From: Minisyncoccia bacterium
GTDB taxonomy: Bacteria > Patescibacteriota > Minisyncoccia > Phycocordibacterales > UBA2100
DNA length: 35,788 bases
Direction of reading: 5' to 3'
NCBI GenBank assembly: GCA_049306055.1
Contig: JBAQPT010000094.1
Span: forward strand, 1-35,788
Position 1 is the stretch's first letter, and the number at the start of each line of letters is the position of its first letter. Below the pieces are notes generated by a model. It searched no databases. It saw only the letters and a list, made by a program, of their open reading frames with translations, and was not told where the DNA came from. Position numbers and translations under genes: made by a program. Shown one piece after another: positions 9,420 through 17,741 of the stretch.

Positions 9420-10154
9420 TTACTCAATCGAGGGTGCTGAAATGAAAAGGGAAGGTTCGGCAATGTCGATCACCGTATTCGATCGATATGTCTCGTTTTC
9501 AAATACTAATTCACGCGCTCGGTCATGTTCAAGGCGTACGCGGACGTGTCCGCCGGGGCCGATGCGGCGCAGAAGCGACTCAAGTGTTCCACCAACGGCA
9601 GGATCCTCGTCAGAAACCGTGAATGAATACCAGTCTCCCTCGCTGCCAGTGTAGCGAAGATATTTTAGTCCGTCGGAAAAAATGCGGAGATTGTCGAGCA
9701 CCGGCCCAGTCGGTGCGATGTCTTTGTATTCAGCAGGAATGGTGTCGTTCGTAAAGCGTTTCCAGGGGCCGTGGGGAATAACGCTCTTCAATAATTCGCT
9801 TTTCGTCTCGACGAGCACGTAGGTCTCATCGCCGAGTGTTGTGGTATGGAGAAAGAATGCATGTGATTCATCGTTAAAGCGCACCGTCGTTGTCGCGAGG
9901 GTCTCATACCGACCGTTTGGCTCGTCAATACGGTATATGCCCTCGATGGTAAGCGTTCGATCGGAAAGCTCCGCCTCGGTGTGCACTGATTGCGTGTATA
10001 CGCGGATTTGGGCGCTTTTCTCGATAATTTCGTACGTATGTACATCGAGTTCGGTGTTTTCCGCTTTGAGGAAGAGAAGGTACCCTCCAAGACAGAGTCC
10101 GATGAGAAGAAGCACTGCGCCGGAAAGGAAGATATTGTGGGGGATCGAGCCCAT
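9420..10154 (-). CDS. N-terminally membrane-anchored hypothetical protein
   Basis: ATG at 10154 gives MGSIPHNIFLSGAVLLLIGLCLGGYLLFL. The rest is a soluble ~215-aa domain with no motif I recognise. It lies upstream of, and on the same strand as, the cohesin-dockerin gene. Confidence 0.6.
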   Translation of the reverse strand: MGSIPHNIFLSGAVLLLIGLCLGGYLLFLKAENTELDVHTYEIIEKSAQIRVYTQSVHTEAELSDRTLTIEGIYRIDEPNGRYETLATTTVRFNDESHAFFLHTTTLGDETYVLVETKSELLKSVIPHGPWKRFTNDTIPAEYKDIAPTGPVLDNLRIFSDGLKYLRYTGSEGDWYSFTVSDEDPAVGGTLESLLRRIGPGGHVRVRLEHDRARELVFENETYRSNTVIDIAEPSLFISAPSIE

Positions 10155-10309
10155 TACCGCTAGTATACGGGCTTTTTCGGCACTTTTAGGCTGGAAGCAC
10201 CATTCATGATGAATTTCACGTACAAAAACATGCAAAGCAAAACCTGTCGAGTTGTCCACAGCGTGTCAACCAACTGTATTGCGGCAATTATATAATAAAC
10301 CTGTCAAAT

Positions 10310-10353
10310 CTCGAGGGTCGAGATATGACCACGCGGAGATCTCGACCCCCGAG
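10310..10353. promoter_or_regulatory. 15-bp imperfect inverted repeat (candidate operator) upstream of the HTH gene
   Basis: CTCGAGGGTCGAGAT (10310-10324) and ATCTCGACCCCCGAG (10339-10353) are reverse complements with one mismatch, separated by 14 nt. The repeat ends 8 nt before ATG 10362, inside a divergent intergenic region. Confidence 0.35.
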
Positions 10354-10361
10354 ATTTATAT

Positions 10362-10757
10362 ATGGGAAGCCAAAAAAGGGAAACCGATCAATTTATCTCA
10401 CTCCGGGAAGCTGCCGAGATCTCTGGCTACACCGCTGATTATGTCGGCCAGCTAATACGCCGGGGAAAGTTGCCCGGCAAGCAGGTTTTCTCGAATGTGG
10501 CATGGGTGACGACCCGCGAAGCACTCAACGAGTATCTCGATGAAAAAAGCGATAACAATGAGATGCCAGTGGAAACGATAACGCTCAGAGACCGGCTTCT
10601 TTCAATCGAATCATTCACGCTCGTTATTCAAGCATTTCAATGGGGGGTTATTGCGTGTCTCTTCAGTATCATCCTTTTCTTTGGGTACATCCTTTCCGTG
10701 AGTGTCGATTACTCGATCAGCGAGAGGCGTATGCAGAACATTCCGTATGTTGAATAA
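10362..10757 (+). CDS. Membrane-tethered helix-turn-helix protein (excisionase/MerR-like HTH + C-terminal TM)
   Basis: The N-terminus ISLREAAEISGYTADYVGQLIRRGKLPGKQV matches the excisionase-type HTH pattern. The TM is FTLVIQAFQWGVIACLFSIILFFGYILSV. The 3' end overlaps the giant gene start by 11 nt. Confidence 0.65.
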   Translation: MGSQKRETDQFISLREAAEISGYTADYVGQLIRRGKLPGKQVFSNVAWVTTREALNEYLDEKSDNNEMPVETITLRDRLLSIESFTLVIQAFQWGVIACLFSIILFFGYILSVSVDYSISERRMQNIPYVE

Positions 10758-13700
10758 AGGAATGCACCGAGCGCTTGTCGGAGGACTACTAGTCGCGTGT
10801 CTTTTCTCATTTGTGCCGCACGTCTTCGCGGCACCCGGTGTACCGAAAATAATCAACTACCAAGGACGTCTACTCGATTCTGGTGGCGTTCTCCTTGGTG
10901 GAGCGGGGACAGAATTCTGCTTCCGTTTTTCGTTCTACGATGATCCGACGCCGGGAAGCGGGACGAAGCTCTGGCCGTCGGGAAGTCCGTCGGTTATGAC
11001 TATCGACGTGCAAAACGGTATCTTTTCAGCAGGTATTGGTGACACGAACATTGGCGGCGACACGCTCGATTACAATTTCCAAGACACCGATACGATCTAT
11101 TTGAATGTTGAAGTTGCGACACAGGTAGGCGGTTCGTGCGCGGGCGGCGATGAATCGTTCGAGACACTTTCACCGCGACATCGCATTCTCGCGTCCGGCT
11201 ATGCGATCAACGCGGGAGCTGTCGGTGGCTTTCTCGCAGCCCAGTATGCGACGGGAAATCAGATTCCCGTCCTTGCATCGGGAAATCTCACGCTCGGAGG
11301 CGTAAATCCGTTTATCAATGCGACAACGACGAACACACTGACGTTCCAGGGTGGTGGACAAGTGAGTGGCGATATTCAGTTCTTTTCCGCGGCAAATAAA
11401 ATTACAGCAGCCGGCAACGCGACATTTGCCGGAAATATTTCCGCCGCAAGTTCGACGATTACACATGCAACATCGACAACACTCTTTTCGACGTTGGGGC
11501 GATTCACGACAGCGATCATGGATACGCTCTCAGCGATAACCGCGACGATTACGAACCTCACAACAACGAATTTCACTTCGACAAACGCGACGACCACGAA
11601 TGCAACATCAACAAATCTATTTGCGGCGCAAGTTGCGTCGCCGTTTGCGACGTTTGGCACCGTTGTCGGTACGTCGAGTGCCGAATTTGCGTCGACAACA
11701 GCGCACGGCCGCTTCATCACCGGAAACGTTTTTGCAACATCGACAGCAACATCGACATTTTTCGGTCCGTTTTCTATCGGACTTGCGAATACATCGTACA
11801 AAGCATCGATTGTCGGTTCGACCACCGCCGCAACAAGCGCAACGGGTACCGCTATTCTTGCGGTCTCGAATACGAATCCGACGCTGAGTTCAGGGTCAAA
11901 CATTTTGCGCCTCAATCATCGAACAGCGTTTGGAACGACCTGTACCTCAGCTTCGACATGCCCACGATTCATTGAGTATTTCGTCGGACTTCCCGATAAC
12001 GCTGACACCGGTGGACGCGGCGTTGGAAGTCTTCGCCTTTCCACTGCGGGAACGGGCATCACGCAAACGTCCGGTGCGGCTGACTTTGCGGAATACATGG
12101 TGCTTAATTCCGCCGCAAGTGTTGGCGACATCGTTTCGCTCAACTCAAACGGTGAATATCAGCGCGCGGTCGCGGGGCAATCGCTCATCGGCGTTATTTC
12201 CGACAATCCAGCATTTGTCGGCAACGCAAATTTGGAGGATCAGCCGAATGCGTATGTTGTTGGCTTCGCGGGCGTGATTGAAACGACGGTGAGCGCCGCG
12301 AACGGGGAAATTGGCCCGGGCGATTTTATTGCCGCGTCGACGACGGCAGGCGTCGGCGTGAAGCTTCTTGAGTCCGGGTACGCGCTCGGCCAAGCGCTCG
12401 AAGGGTTCAGTGGTGGTGGCACGGGCACAATCTCGGTCCTTGTCTTTCCAAAATATATTGATGCCGCTGTTGCTCTCGAGAGTTACGGTGGTGGAGGCGG
12501 CGGAGCTTCCGGCTACTGGGATCTTGCGACATCGACTGGTGTCGTTTCGCTCGCATCGAGTACCTATTCGGTCGCTGTCGAAAATGCGACGATTACAAAT
12601 GCGTCCACAACGAATATTTCAGCGAGCTACGCATCATCAACACAAGGGTTTTTCGGTTTGCTCTCGGTCGGTAATCTCACCGGGATTTTGCGCGCGACGG
12701 CGGGGGCGATTGCGACCGGACTTGTGAATCTTGCGAGCGACGTGACAGGAATTCTCGGAATCGCAAACGGTGGCACAGGGACCTCGACTGCTCCTGCGTA
12801 CGGACAAGTCTTGGTTGGAAATGCGATTGGCGGCTACGATCTTGTTGCGACATCGTCGCTCGGAATCGTGAGCGGTGGCCTCTCGTTCGGATATCCGTTT
12901 AACGGTAACGCGACCTCAACGCTCCTCACGTTTTCCGGCGGCGTTCTTTCGACGGCATCGTCGACGATTGGCAATGGAACGGCGACGGGTGGACTCACGA
13001 TAGCAGGGAACGCAACAACGACGGGCGTGCTCGCCGTGCAAGGCGCGGGCACTTCGCAGTTCGCGGCGGGTATTGATATCGCAAGCGGCTGTTTCTCTGT
13101 CGCTGGCGACTGTCTTGAAGATGGTGGTGGCGGAGGCAGTGGTGTACTTGTGAATATTCAGACGTTTGCGGTAAACGGCACTTATATTCCGTCAGCGGGT
13201 GCAGTAACTGCGCAAGTGATCGTAACCGGCGGTGGCGGTGGCGGTGGCGGTGCGGATTCTCCCGCAGCTGACACAGCAAATGAAACGGTAGGTGGTGGTG
13301 GTGGTGCAGGTGCAACATCGATTGTATTTGTCGACCTCACGTCAACGACCTCGGTGCAAGTGGCGGTTGGCGCTGCGGGTCTTGCGGGCGCAAACACGGG
13401 CGGCACGGGCGGAACCGGCGGGCAATCGCGCTTCAGCACTTTTGCAACAGCAAACGGTGGTGTCGGTGGTGGTGGAAGCGCGGTGAATGCGGCTTGTGCT
13501 GCGGGTTCGTGGGGAACTGCGGGGACTGGCGGAAGCGCGGCATCCGGCGATGTGAATATAAATGGTGGCGACGGTCACATTGGCGATTGTCTCGCGGAAG
13601 TCGTCTTTGGCGGTCTCGGCGGCGCTAGTCATTGGGGCGGTGGCGGTCGCGGCGGTCAGGATGCTGCAAACGTATGCGCTGCGGGCGCGACGCCGGGAGT

Positions 13701-16398
13701 CTATGGTGCAGGCGGTGGCGGTGCGACTTGTGAAGACACAGATGTTGGCGCGGCTGGTGGCGTGGGCGGCGGCGGAATTGTCGTTGTCTATGAATATGGC
13801 CCATACACGGGAGTAATGGGAATTGATGATGGTGGCACCGGAACGACAACGGCGCCGACCTACGGCCAGATGCTTGTCGGTAATTCGCTCGGTGGATACG
13901 ATCTCGTCGCGACGTCGTCGCTCGGGATTCAAGGCGTGTTCTCGACAACGTCAGCAATGAATTTTGTGCACTCGTCGACGACAATTGCAAAGACCTACAC
14001 CGCAAATGTATTCACTGCGCTTCAAACATTTGGAAACGCGTCGACAACAAACATTTCGGCAAGCTATGCCTCTTCGACGCAAGGATTTTTCGGCGCGCTT
14101 TCCGTCGGGAATTTGTCGGGCGTTTTAAAAGCGACAGCAGGCGTCGTGTCGGCTTCGCTTCTTAATCTTGCATCAGAAGTAACCGGTGTTCTTGGTGTCG
14201 CAAACGGCGGAACGGGATGGGCAAATATCGCCGCCGGTACGATTCTCACCGGAAACGGCACGGGCGCGGTTTCGACAACCACGGTCGGTTCATCACTTCA
14301 AATTTCGGATGGAACACTTTCATTGAATCTCGCGAATCCGAATATTTGGACGGGCCTCCAGACGATCAACAACGCATCGTCCTCCCAAATTTCAGTGACG
14401 AATCGTGCGTACTTTGGTTCGACCGCAACGACGACAATCGATTCGGCAGGTAACGTCGCGGTCGCAGGGACATTGAACGTAGCCGGAAACACCGTTCTTG
14501 GCGCCGCAACGACAACAAATCTTCTGGTTACTTCGTCGACGACATTGCAGGATTACACATCGCGCAATGCGACGTCCTCAATGTTGTATGTTTCGACTGC
14601 GCTGAGTGGCGCGGGGCTCAGTGCGTGCTCAAGTTCGGGCGACAAGCTTCTGTGGGATAGCGCGACGCGACAATTTTCATGCGGCGCGGATGCTGGTGCG
14701 GCAGGAAGCGGTCTCACGGCGCTCGGTCCTGTTGGGCAGCAACAAACGGGTGCGTCGCAGACATTTGCTACGTCATCTGACACAAACATCGGAATGACGA
14801 TCACCTCAGCGGGCAACATACACACATTTACGACGATCTGGAACGGACTGCTCTCGGTTGCACGCGGGGGAACTGGCTGGGGCAATATCGCTGCGGGCAC
14901 GTTGCTCACGGGAAATGGAACGGGCGCCGTTGCAACGACGACCATCGCTTCTTCGCTGCAACTTTCAGGCGGCTCGCTTGCGCTCAATGTCTCGAATGCG
15001 AATGTCTGGACTGGCTTGCAGCGATTTGGTAACGCGACCTCGACCAATCTCGAATCAATCAACCAGTTTGCACGTACAATTCAATCGACATCAACGAATG
15101 CGCTCGCGCTCCGCACGAATCTTTCGTCAACCGCGGGCCTCACGATCGGCGGCACAACAACGCCAAACATGCTCTCCGCCGACACGATCAACAATCGCGT
15201 GACGATCGGCACGGGCGGTGCGTCGCCCGTTGTTTTCGTGCTTGATACAAAAAACACCGGAGGGGATCCGAGCGGTATCGATGGAGCGGAATATTACAAC
15301 AGCAACACGAGCGAATTCCGCTGCTTCAGTGGCGCGGCGTGGCGCACCTGTGGCGGTATCGCGGCGAGTTCGACCGGCGACGTGCAATTTAGAAACGCAG
15401 ACGGATCGTTTACCGCAACGTCAAATTTCAACTGGTCACTCGCAAACAACGGACTGCGTATCGTGGGAATCGCGGGACAATCCACCGATTTGTTTACGGT
15501 CGCCTCCAGCACCGGAGACCAAATGTTTGCGGTGAGCAGTCAGGGCGTACTTGAACTTGCGACGACTACGGATCCGACACCGCCAGCATCTGGTCTTAGT
15601 GTGTACGCAAAGACAATCGCCAAGAGAGCGTTTCTGGGTACCGAAGGTCCGAGCGGTCTTTCTACTTCGCTTCAGCCTTTGTTTGCGCGCAATAAAATCG
15701 GTTATTGGAATCCGCCAGGGAACGGGACGACAGTTCCTGGGGTCTTTGGATTTACCGCGCCAACAGTTGTTGGTACGGCAACAACACGCGCTGTTGCCGC
15801 AACTAACGTGGCAACTCGTATGCGACGACTTGGATACGTGAGTTCCGCGACAGCAGGGTCACTTGCTGAAGCCCGAGTTGCGGCAGCTCAATATACGGTG
15901 GGGGATGGAGCGGGGCTTGGCGGGTTCACGCTCATTGTTCGATTCATTCCTTCGAATGCTGCTGCAGTGAGCGGCGAACGCTTCTTTATCGGTATGAGAA
16001 ATGTGACAACCGCTGCAACCAATGTCGAACCGAACACGTTGACGAACACTATCGGGCTCGCACAGCTAAGTACGTCAAGTAATTGCCATATTGTTTACGG
16101 CGGCTCGGCTGCGCAAACAGCGATTGATCTTGGCAGCACGTTCGATTGCTCGACGCGCACTACGGAAGCATACGAGCTTGCGCTTTTTGCGCCTTCGAAT
16201 GCTAATAATATTGTTCACTACGAGGTCACTAAATTGAGTACCGGTGAATCTGCGTCGGGCACGCTTACCGGAACGGCAGGAACAGCGCTTCCTTCTTCAT
16301 CAACGTTGCTAGCATATCGAGCGTGGAAGTCGAATAACGCAACGGCGCTCGCGGTCGCGTTCGACATTGCGTCAATTTACATTGAAACAGACAATTAA
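10747..16398 (+). CDS. Giant (~1,880 aa) secreted fibre/adhesin built from phage-tail-fibre-like modules
   Basis: ATG 10747 (alternative 10762) gives the signal peptide ALVGGLLVACLFSFVPHVFA. Modules are: an INYQGRLLDSGG...FSFYDD...LWPS...VQNGIFSAGIGD N-domain; T-x-T-N short repeats; a DFAEYM...LIGVISDNPAFVGN autoprocessing-like domain; duplicated NGGTG modules; a Gly-rich domain; and a ~270-aa C-terminal domain. The protein is extremely Thr/Ser/Ala/Gly-rich. Confidence 0.85.
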   Translation: MLNKGMHRALVGGLLVACLFSFVPHVFAAPGVPKIINYQGRLLDSGGVLLGGAGTEFCFRFSFYDDPTPGSGTKLWPSGSPSVMTIDVQNGIFSAGIGDTNIGGDTLDYNFQDTDTIYLNVEVATQVGGSCAGGDESFETLSPRHRILASGYAINAGAVGGFLAAQYATGNQIPVLASGNLTLGGVNPFINATTTNTLTFQGGGQVSGDIQFFSAANKITAAGNATFAGNISAASSTITHATSTTLFSTLGRFTTAIMDTLSAITATITNLTTTNFTSTNATTTNATSTNLFAAQVASPFATFGTVVGTSSAEFASTTAHGRFITGNVFATSTATSTFFGPFSIGLANTSYKASIVGSTTAATSATGTAILAVSNTNPTLSSGSNILRLNHRTAFGTTCTSASTCPRFIEYFVGLPDNADTGGRGVGSLRLSTAGTGITQTSGAADFAEYMVLNSAASVGDIVSLNSNGEYQRAVAGQSLIGVISDNPAFVGNANLEDQPNAYVVGFAGVIETTVSAANGEIGPGDFIAASTTAGVGVKLLESGYALGQALEGFSGGGTGTISVLVFPKYIDAAVALESYGGGGGGASGYWDLATSTGVVSLASSTYSVAVENATITNASTTNISASYASSTQGFFGLLSVGNLTGILRATAGAIATGLVNLASDVTGILGIANGGTGTSTAPAYGQVLVGNAIGGYDLVATSSLGIVSGGLSFGYPFNGNATSTLLTFSGGVLSTASSTIGNGTATGGLTIAGNATTTGVLAVQGAGTSQFAAGIDIASGCFSVAGDCLEDGGGGGSGVLVNIQTFAVNGTYIPSAGAVTAQVIVTGGGGGGGGADSPAADTANETVGGGGGAGATSIVFVDLTSTTSVQVAVGAAGLAGANTGGTGGTGGQSRFSTFATANGGVGGGGSAVNAACAAGSWGTAGTGGSAASGDVNINGGDGHIGDCLAEVVFGGLGGASHWGGGGRGGQDAANVCAAGATPGVYGAGGGGATCEDTDVGAAGGVGGGGIVVVYEYGPYTGVMGIDDGGTGTTTAPTYGQMLVGNSLGGYDLVATSSLGIQGVFSTTSAMNFVHSSTTIAKTYTANVFTALQTFGNASTTNISASYASSTQGFFGALSVGNLSGVLKATAGVVSASLLNLASEVTGVLGVANGGTGWANIAAGTILTGNGTGAVSTTTVGSSLQISDGTLSLNLANPNIWTGLQTINNASSSQISVTNRAYFGSTATTTIDSAGNVAVAGTLNVAGNTVLGAATTTNLLVTSSTTLQDYTSRNATSSMLYVSTALSGAGLSACSSSGDKLLWDSATRQFSCGADAGAAGSGLTALGPVGQQQTGASQTFATSSDTNIGMTITSAGNIHTFTTIWNGLLSVARGGTGWGNIAAGTLLTGNGTGAVATTTIASSLQLSGGSLALNVSNANVWTGLQRFGNATSTNLESINQFARTIQSTSTNALALRTNLSSTAGLTIGGTTTPNMLSADTINNRVTIGTGGASPVVFVLDTKNTGGDPSGIDGAEYYNSNTSEFRCFSGAAWRTCGGIAASSTGDVQFRNADGSFTATSNFNWSLANNGLRIVGIAGQSTDLFTVASSTGDQMFAVSSQGVLELATTTDPTPPASGLSVYAKTIAKRAFLGTEGPSGLSTSLQPLFARNKIGYWNPPGNGTTVPGVFGFTAPTVVGTATTRAVAATNVATRMRRLGYVSSATAGSLAEARVAAAQYTVGDGAGLGGFTLIVRFIPSNAAAVSGERFFIGMRNVTTAATNVEPNTLTNTIGLAQLSTSSNCHIVYGGSAAQTAIDLGSTFDCSTRTTEAYELALFAPSNANNIVHYEVTKLSTGESASGTLTGTAGTALPSSSTLLAYRAWKSNNATALAVAFDIASIYIETDN
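12601..12780 (+). repeat. Intragenic module X, copy 1 (60 aa)
   Basis: ASTTNISASYASSTQGFFGLLSVGNLTGILRATAGAIATGLVNLASDVTGILGIANGGTG. By hand alignment 47 of 60 residues are identical to copy 2 at 14038-14217. Confidence 0.85.
12769..12867 (+). repeat. Intragenic module Y, copy 1 (33 aa)
   Basis: GGTGTSTAPAYGQVLVGNAIGGYDLVATSSLGI. 28 of 33 residues are identical to copy 2 at 13831-13929. Confidence 0.85.
13831..13929 (+). repeat. Intragenic module Y, copy 2 (33 aa)
   Basis: GGTGTTTAPTYGQMLVGNSLGGYDLVATSSLGI. It lies immediately after the Gly-rich domain. Confidence 0.85.
14038..14217 (+). repeat. Intragenic module X, copy 2 (60 aa)
   Basis: ASTTNISASYASSTQGFFGALSVGNLSGVLKATAGVVSASLLNLASEVTGVLGVANGGTG. 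The DNA is diverged, so this is an old duplication. Confidence 0.85.
14206..14361 (+). repeat. Intragenic module Z, copy 1 (52 aa)
   Basis: GGTGWANIAAGTILTGNGTGAVSTTTVGSSLQISDGTLSLNLANPNIWTGLQ. 39 of 52 residues are identical to copy 2 at 14866-15021. Confidence 0.85.
14866..15021 (+). repeat. Intragenic module Z, copy 2 (52 aa)
   Basis: GGTGWGNIAAGTLLTGNGTGAVATTTIASSLQLSGGSLALNVSNANVWTGLQ. Confidence 0.85.
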
Positions 16399-16413
16399 TA
16401 ATCTATACGACGT

Positions 16414-17334
16414 ATGAAAAAAATACTTACTCTTGTTCTCGTGTTCAGTGTGATGGGGCCCTTTTCATTCGCGCAAGAGACGGAGACTCCTGACATTGGA
16501 ATAGATGAGGTTCAAGAAATTGTGACGGAAACATCCGCCACTGCGCCTGAGGTCGCGTCGGTGGAATCTGTGACGGAGCCAGTAATTCAGGCAACGTACA
16601 ACACACAAGACGCGACGACGGGCGACACGATTGAAAATACAGAAAATCCTGAGACGGCAACAACGACGGAAAGCGAAATCGTCGCGACGATTCCAAATGT
16701 ACCGAACGCGAGCTCGTCGGAATCCGTCCTTGGCACAGCGACATCGACCGCGGAAGAGGCGACGGATGAAGCGGAGACGGTCGAAGAAAATATCGTGATC
16801 CCCGGACCGGCGTCGCTTGAAGTCGTTGAGGAAAGTATTGCAGAAGAAGTTACCGAAGAGCCCGCGGTCGAAACGATGTACGTAGAAGAATTGCAAGCTG
16901 TCGAAACGGTCGCCGTCGTACCCGAGCCGGAATTTATGTTCATGCTGACAGGAAAGAATATTCCGACGCGCAAAAAACCAGCAATTCCGGGACTTTCGGT
17001 TTCGGGAGACATTGTCTCGACGAACATTAATCCGATCGTTGATAACGACGAAGGGAGCATGATCCTCTCTGGCGCATGCTCAGAAGCGTACTATGTGGTG
17101 CTGCTCTTTAAGGAAGCTGATGACTACGAGACTGATCCGCGCTCGTACGTTCTCAATAAAGCGTATTCCTGCTTAAACGGCCTCTATACCTATTCGCTCG
17201 AAGAGGTTCCCGAGGCGCTTCCCGACGGCACGTACTACTTAATGGTGGGCTCACAAGGCGAGCGGGGGATGTGGACGCCGATCACATCGCTGACAGAGGT
17301 TACAATTAGAAGGAATCCAGAACACGAACTATGA
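16414..17334 (+). CDS. Secreted acidic (Glu/Thr/Val-rich) protein with Cys-containing C-terminal domain
   Basis: Signal peptide MKKILTLVLVFSVMGPFSFA. About 150 aa are low-complexity acidic sequence (ETETPDIGIDEVQEIVTETSA...). A ~110-aa folded-looking C-terminus follows (SGACSEAYYVVLLF...AYSCLNGLYTY). Confidence 0.7.
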   Translation: MKKILTLVLVFSVMGPFSFAQETETPDIGIDEVQEIVTETSATAPEVASVESVTEPVIQATYNTQDATTGDTIENTENPETATTTESEIVATIPNVPNASSSESVLGTATSTAEEATDEAETVEENIVIPGPASLEVVEESIAEEVTEEPAVETMYVEELQAVETVAVVPEPEFMFMLTGKNIPTRKKPAIPGLSVSGDIVSTNINPIVDNDEGSMILSGACSEAYYVVLLFKEADDYETDPRSYVLNKAYSCLNGLYTYSLEEVPEALPDGTYYLMVGSQGERGMWTPITSLTEVTIRRNPEHEL

Positions 17335-17738
17335 ACGAAATCATTGATTACTGCATCGAACACGGCGTCAAAGCAATTGTCTTTTGGGTGGTGGGGGCGC
17401 TCGTCGTTTTCGCGCTTTTCGGTGTTTTCAATCTCAACGTCAATGGCGATTTTCCATCAATAGATAGTGACAAATGGCAGGCCGTTTTTCTTGAAAACGG
17501 GCAGGTGTATTTCGGCAGGCTCCGCGAGTATGATCAAAATTTCGTCGAGCTCACTGATGTCTACTACTTGAAAACTGCGGCGGATCTCGATACGGGCGCA
17601 AATCTCAATCTCATCAAGCTCGGCGGGGAAGTGCATGGGCCGGAAGATGAGATGTTCATTGCGAAAGACAGCATTCTCTATTTCGAAAATATGAAAGAAA
17701 CGTCGCGTGTCGTCGAATCCATCGAGCGAGCGCAATAA
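17331..17738 (+). CDS. Small N-terminally anchored hypothetical protein
   Basis: ATGA overlap with the upstream gene. The TM is AIVFWVVGALVVFALFGVF. The soluble part reads WQAVFLENGQVYFGRLREYDQNFVELTDVYYLK... Confidence 0.65.
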   Translation: MNEIIDYCIEHGVKAIVFWVVGALVVFALFGVFNLNVNGDFPSIDSDKWQAVFLENGQVYFGRLREYDQNFVELTDVYYLKTAADLDTGANLNLIKLGGEVHGPEDEMFIAKDSILYFENMKETSRVVESIERAQ

Positions 17739-17741
17739 TCT

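Noticed and set aside
13228-13251. (GGCGGT)x4 microsatellite in the fibre gene as a phase-variation switch
   Set aside because: The unit length is a multiple of three, so slippage would only change the number of Gly residues and not the frame. The tract is short.
10747-16398. Prophage or tailocin remnant, because of the tail-fibre-like modules
   Set aside because: No capsid, terminase, portal, tape-measure, baseplate, lysis or integrase genes, and no att-like repeats, are visible anywhere in the 35.8 kb. The protein has a Sec-type signal peptide and sits among cell-surface anchor genes.
15589-16398. Diversity-generating retroelement target at the fibre C-terminus
   Set aside because: No reverse transcriptase ORF and no second template-repeat copy of the 3' end are found in the window. 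No adenine-specific mismatch pattern can be evaluated.
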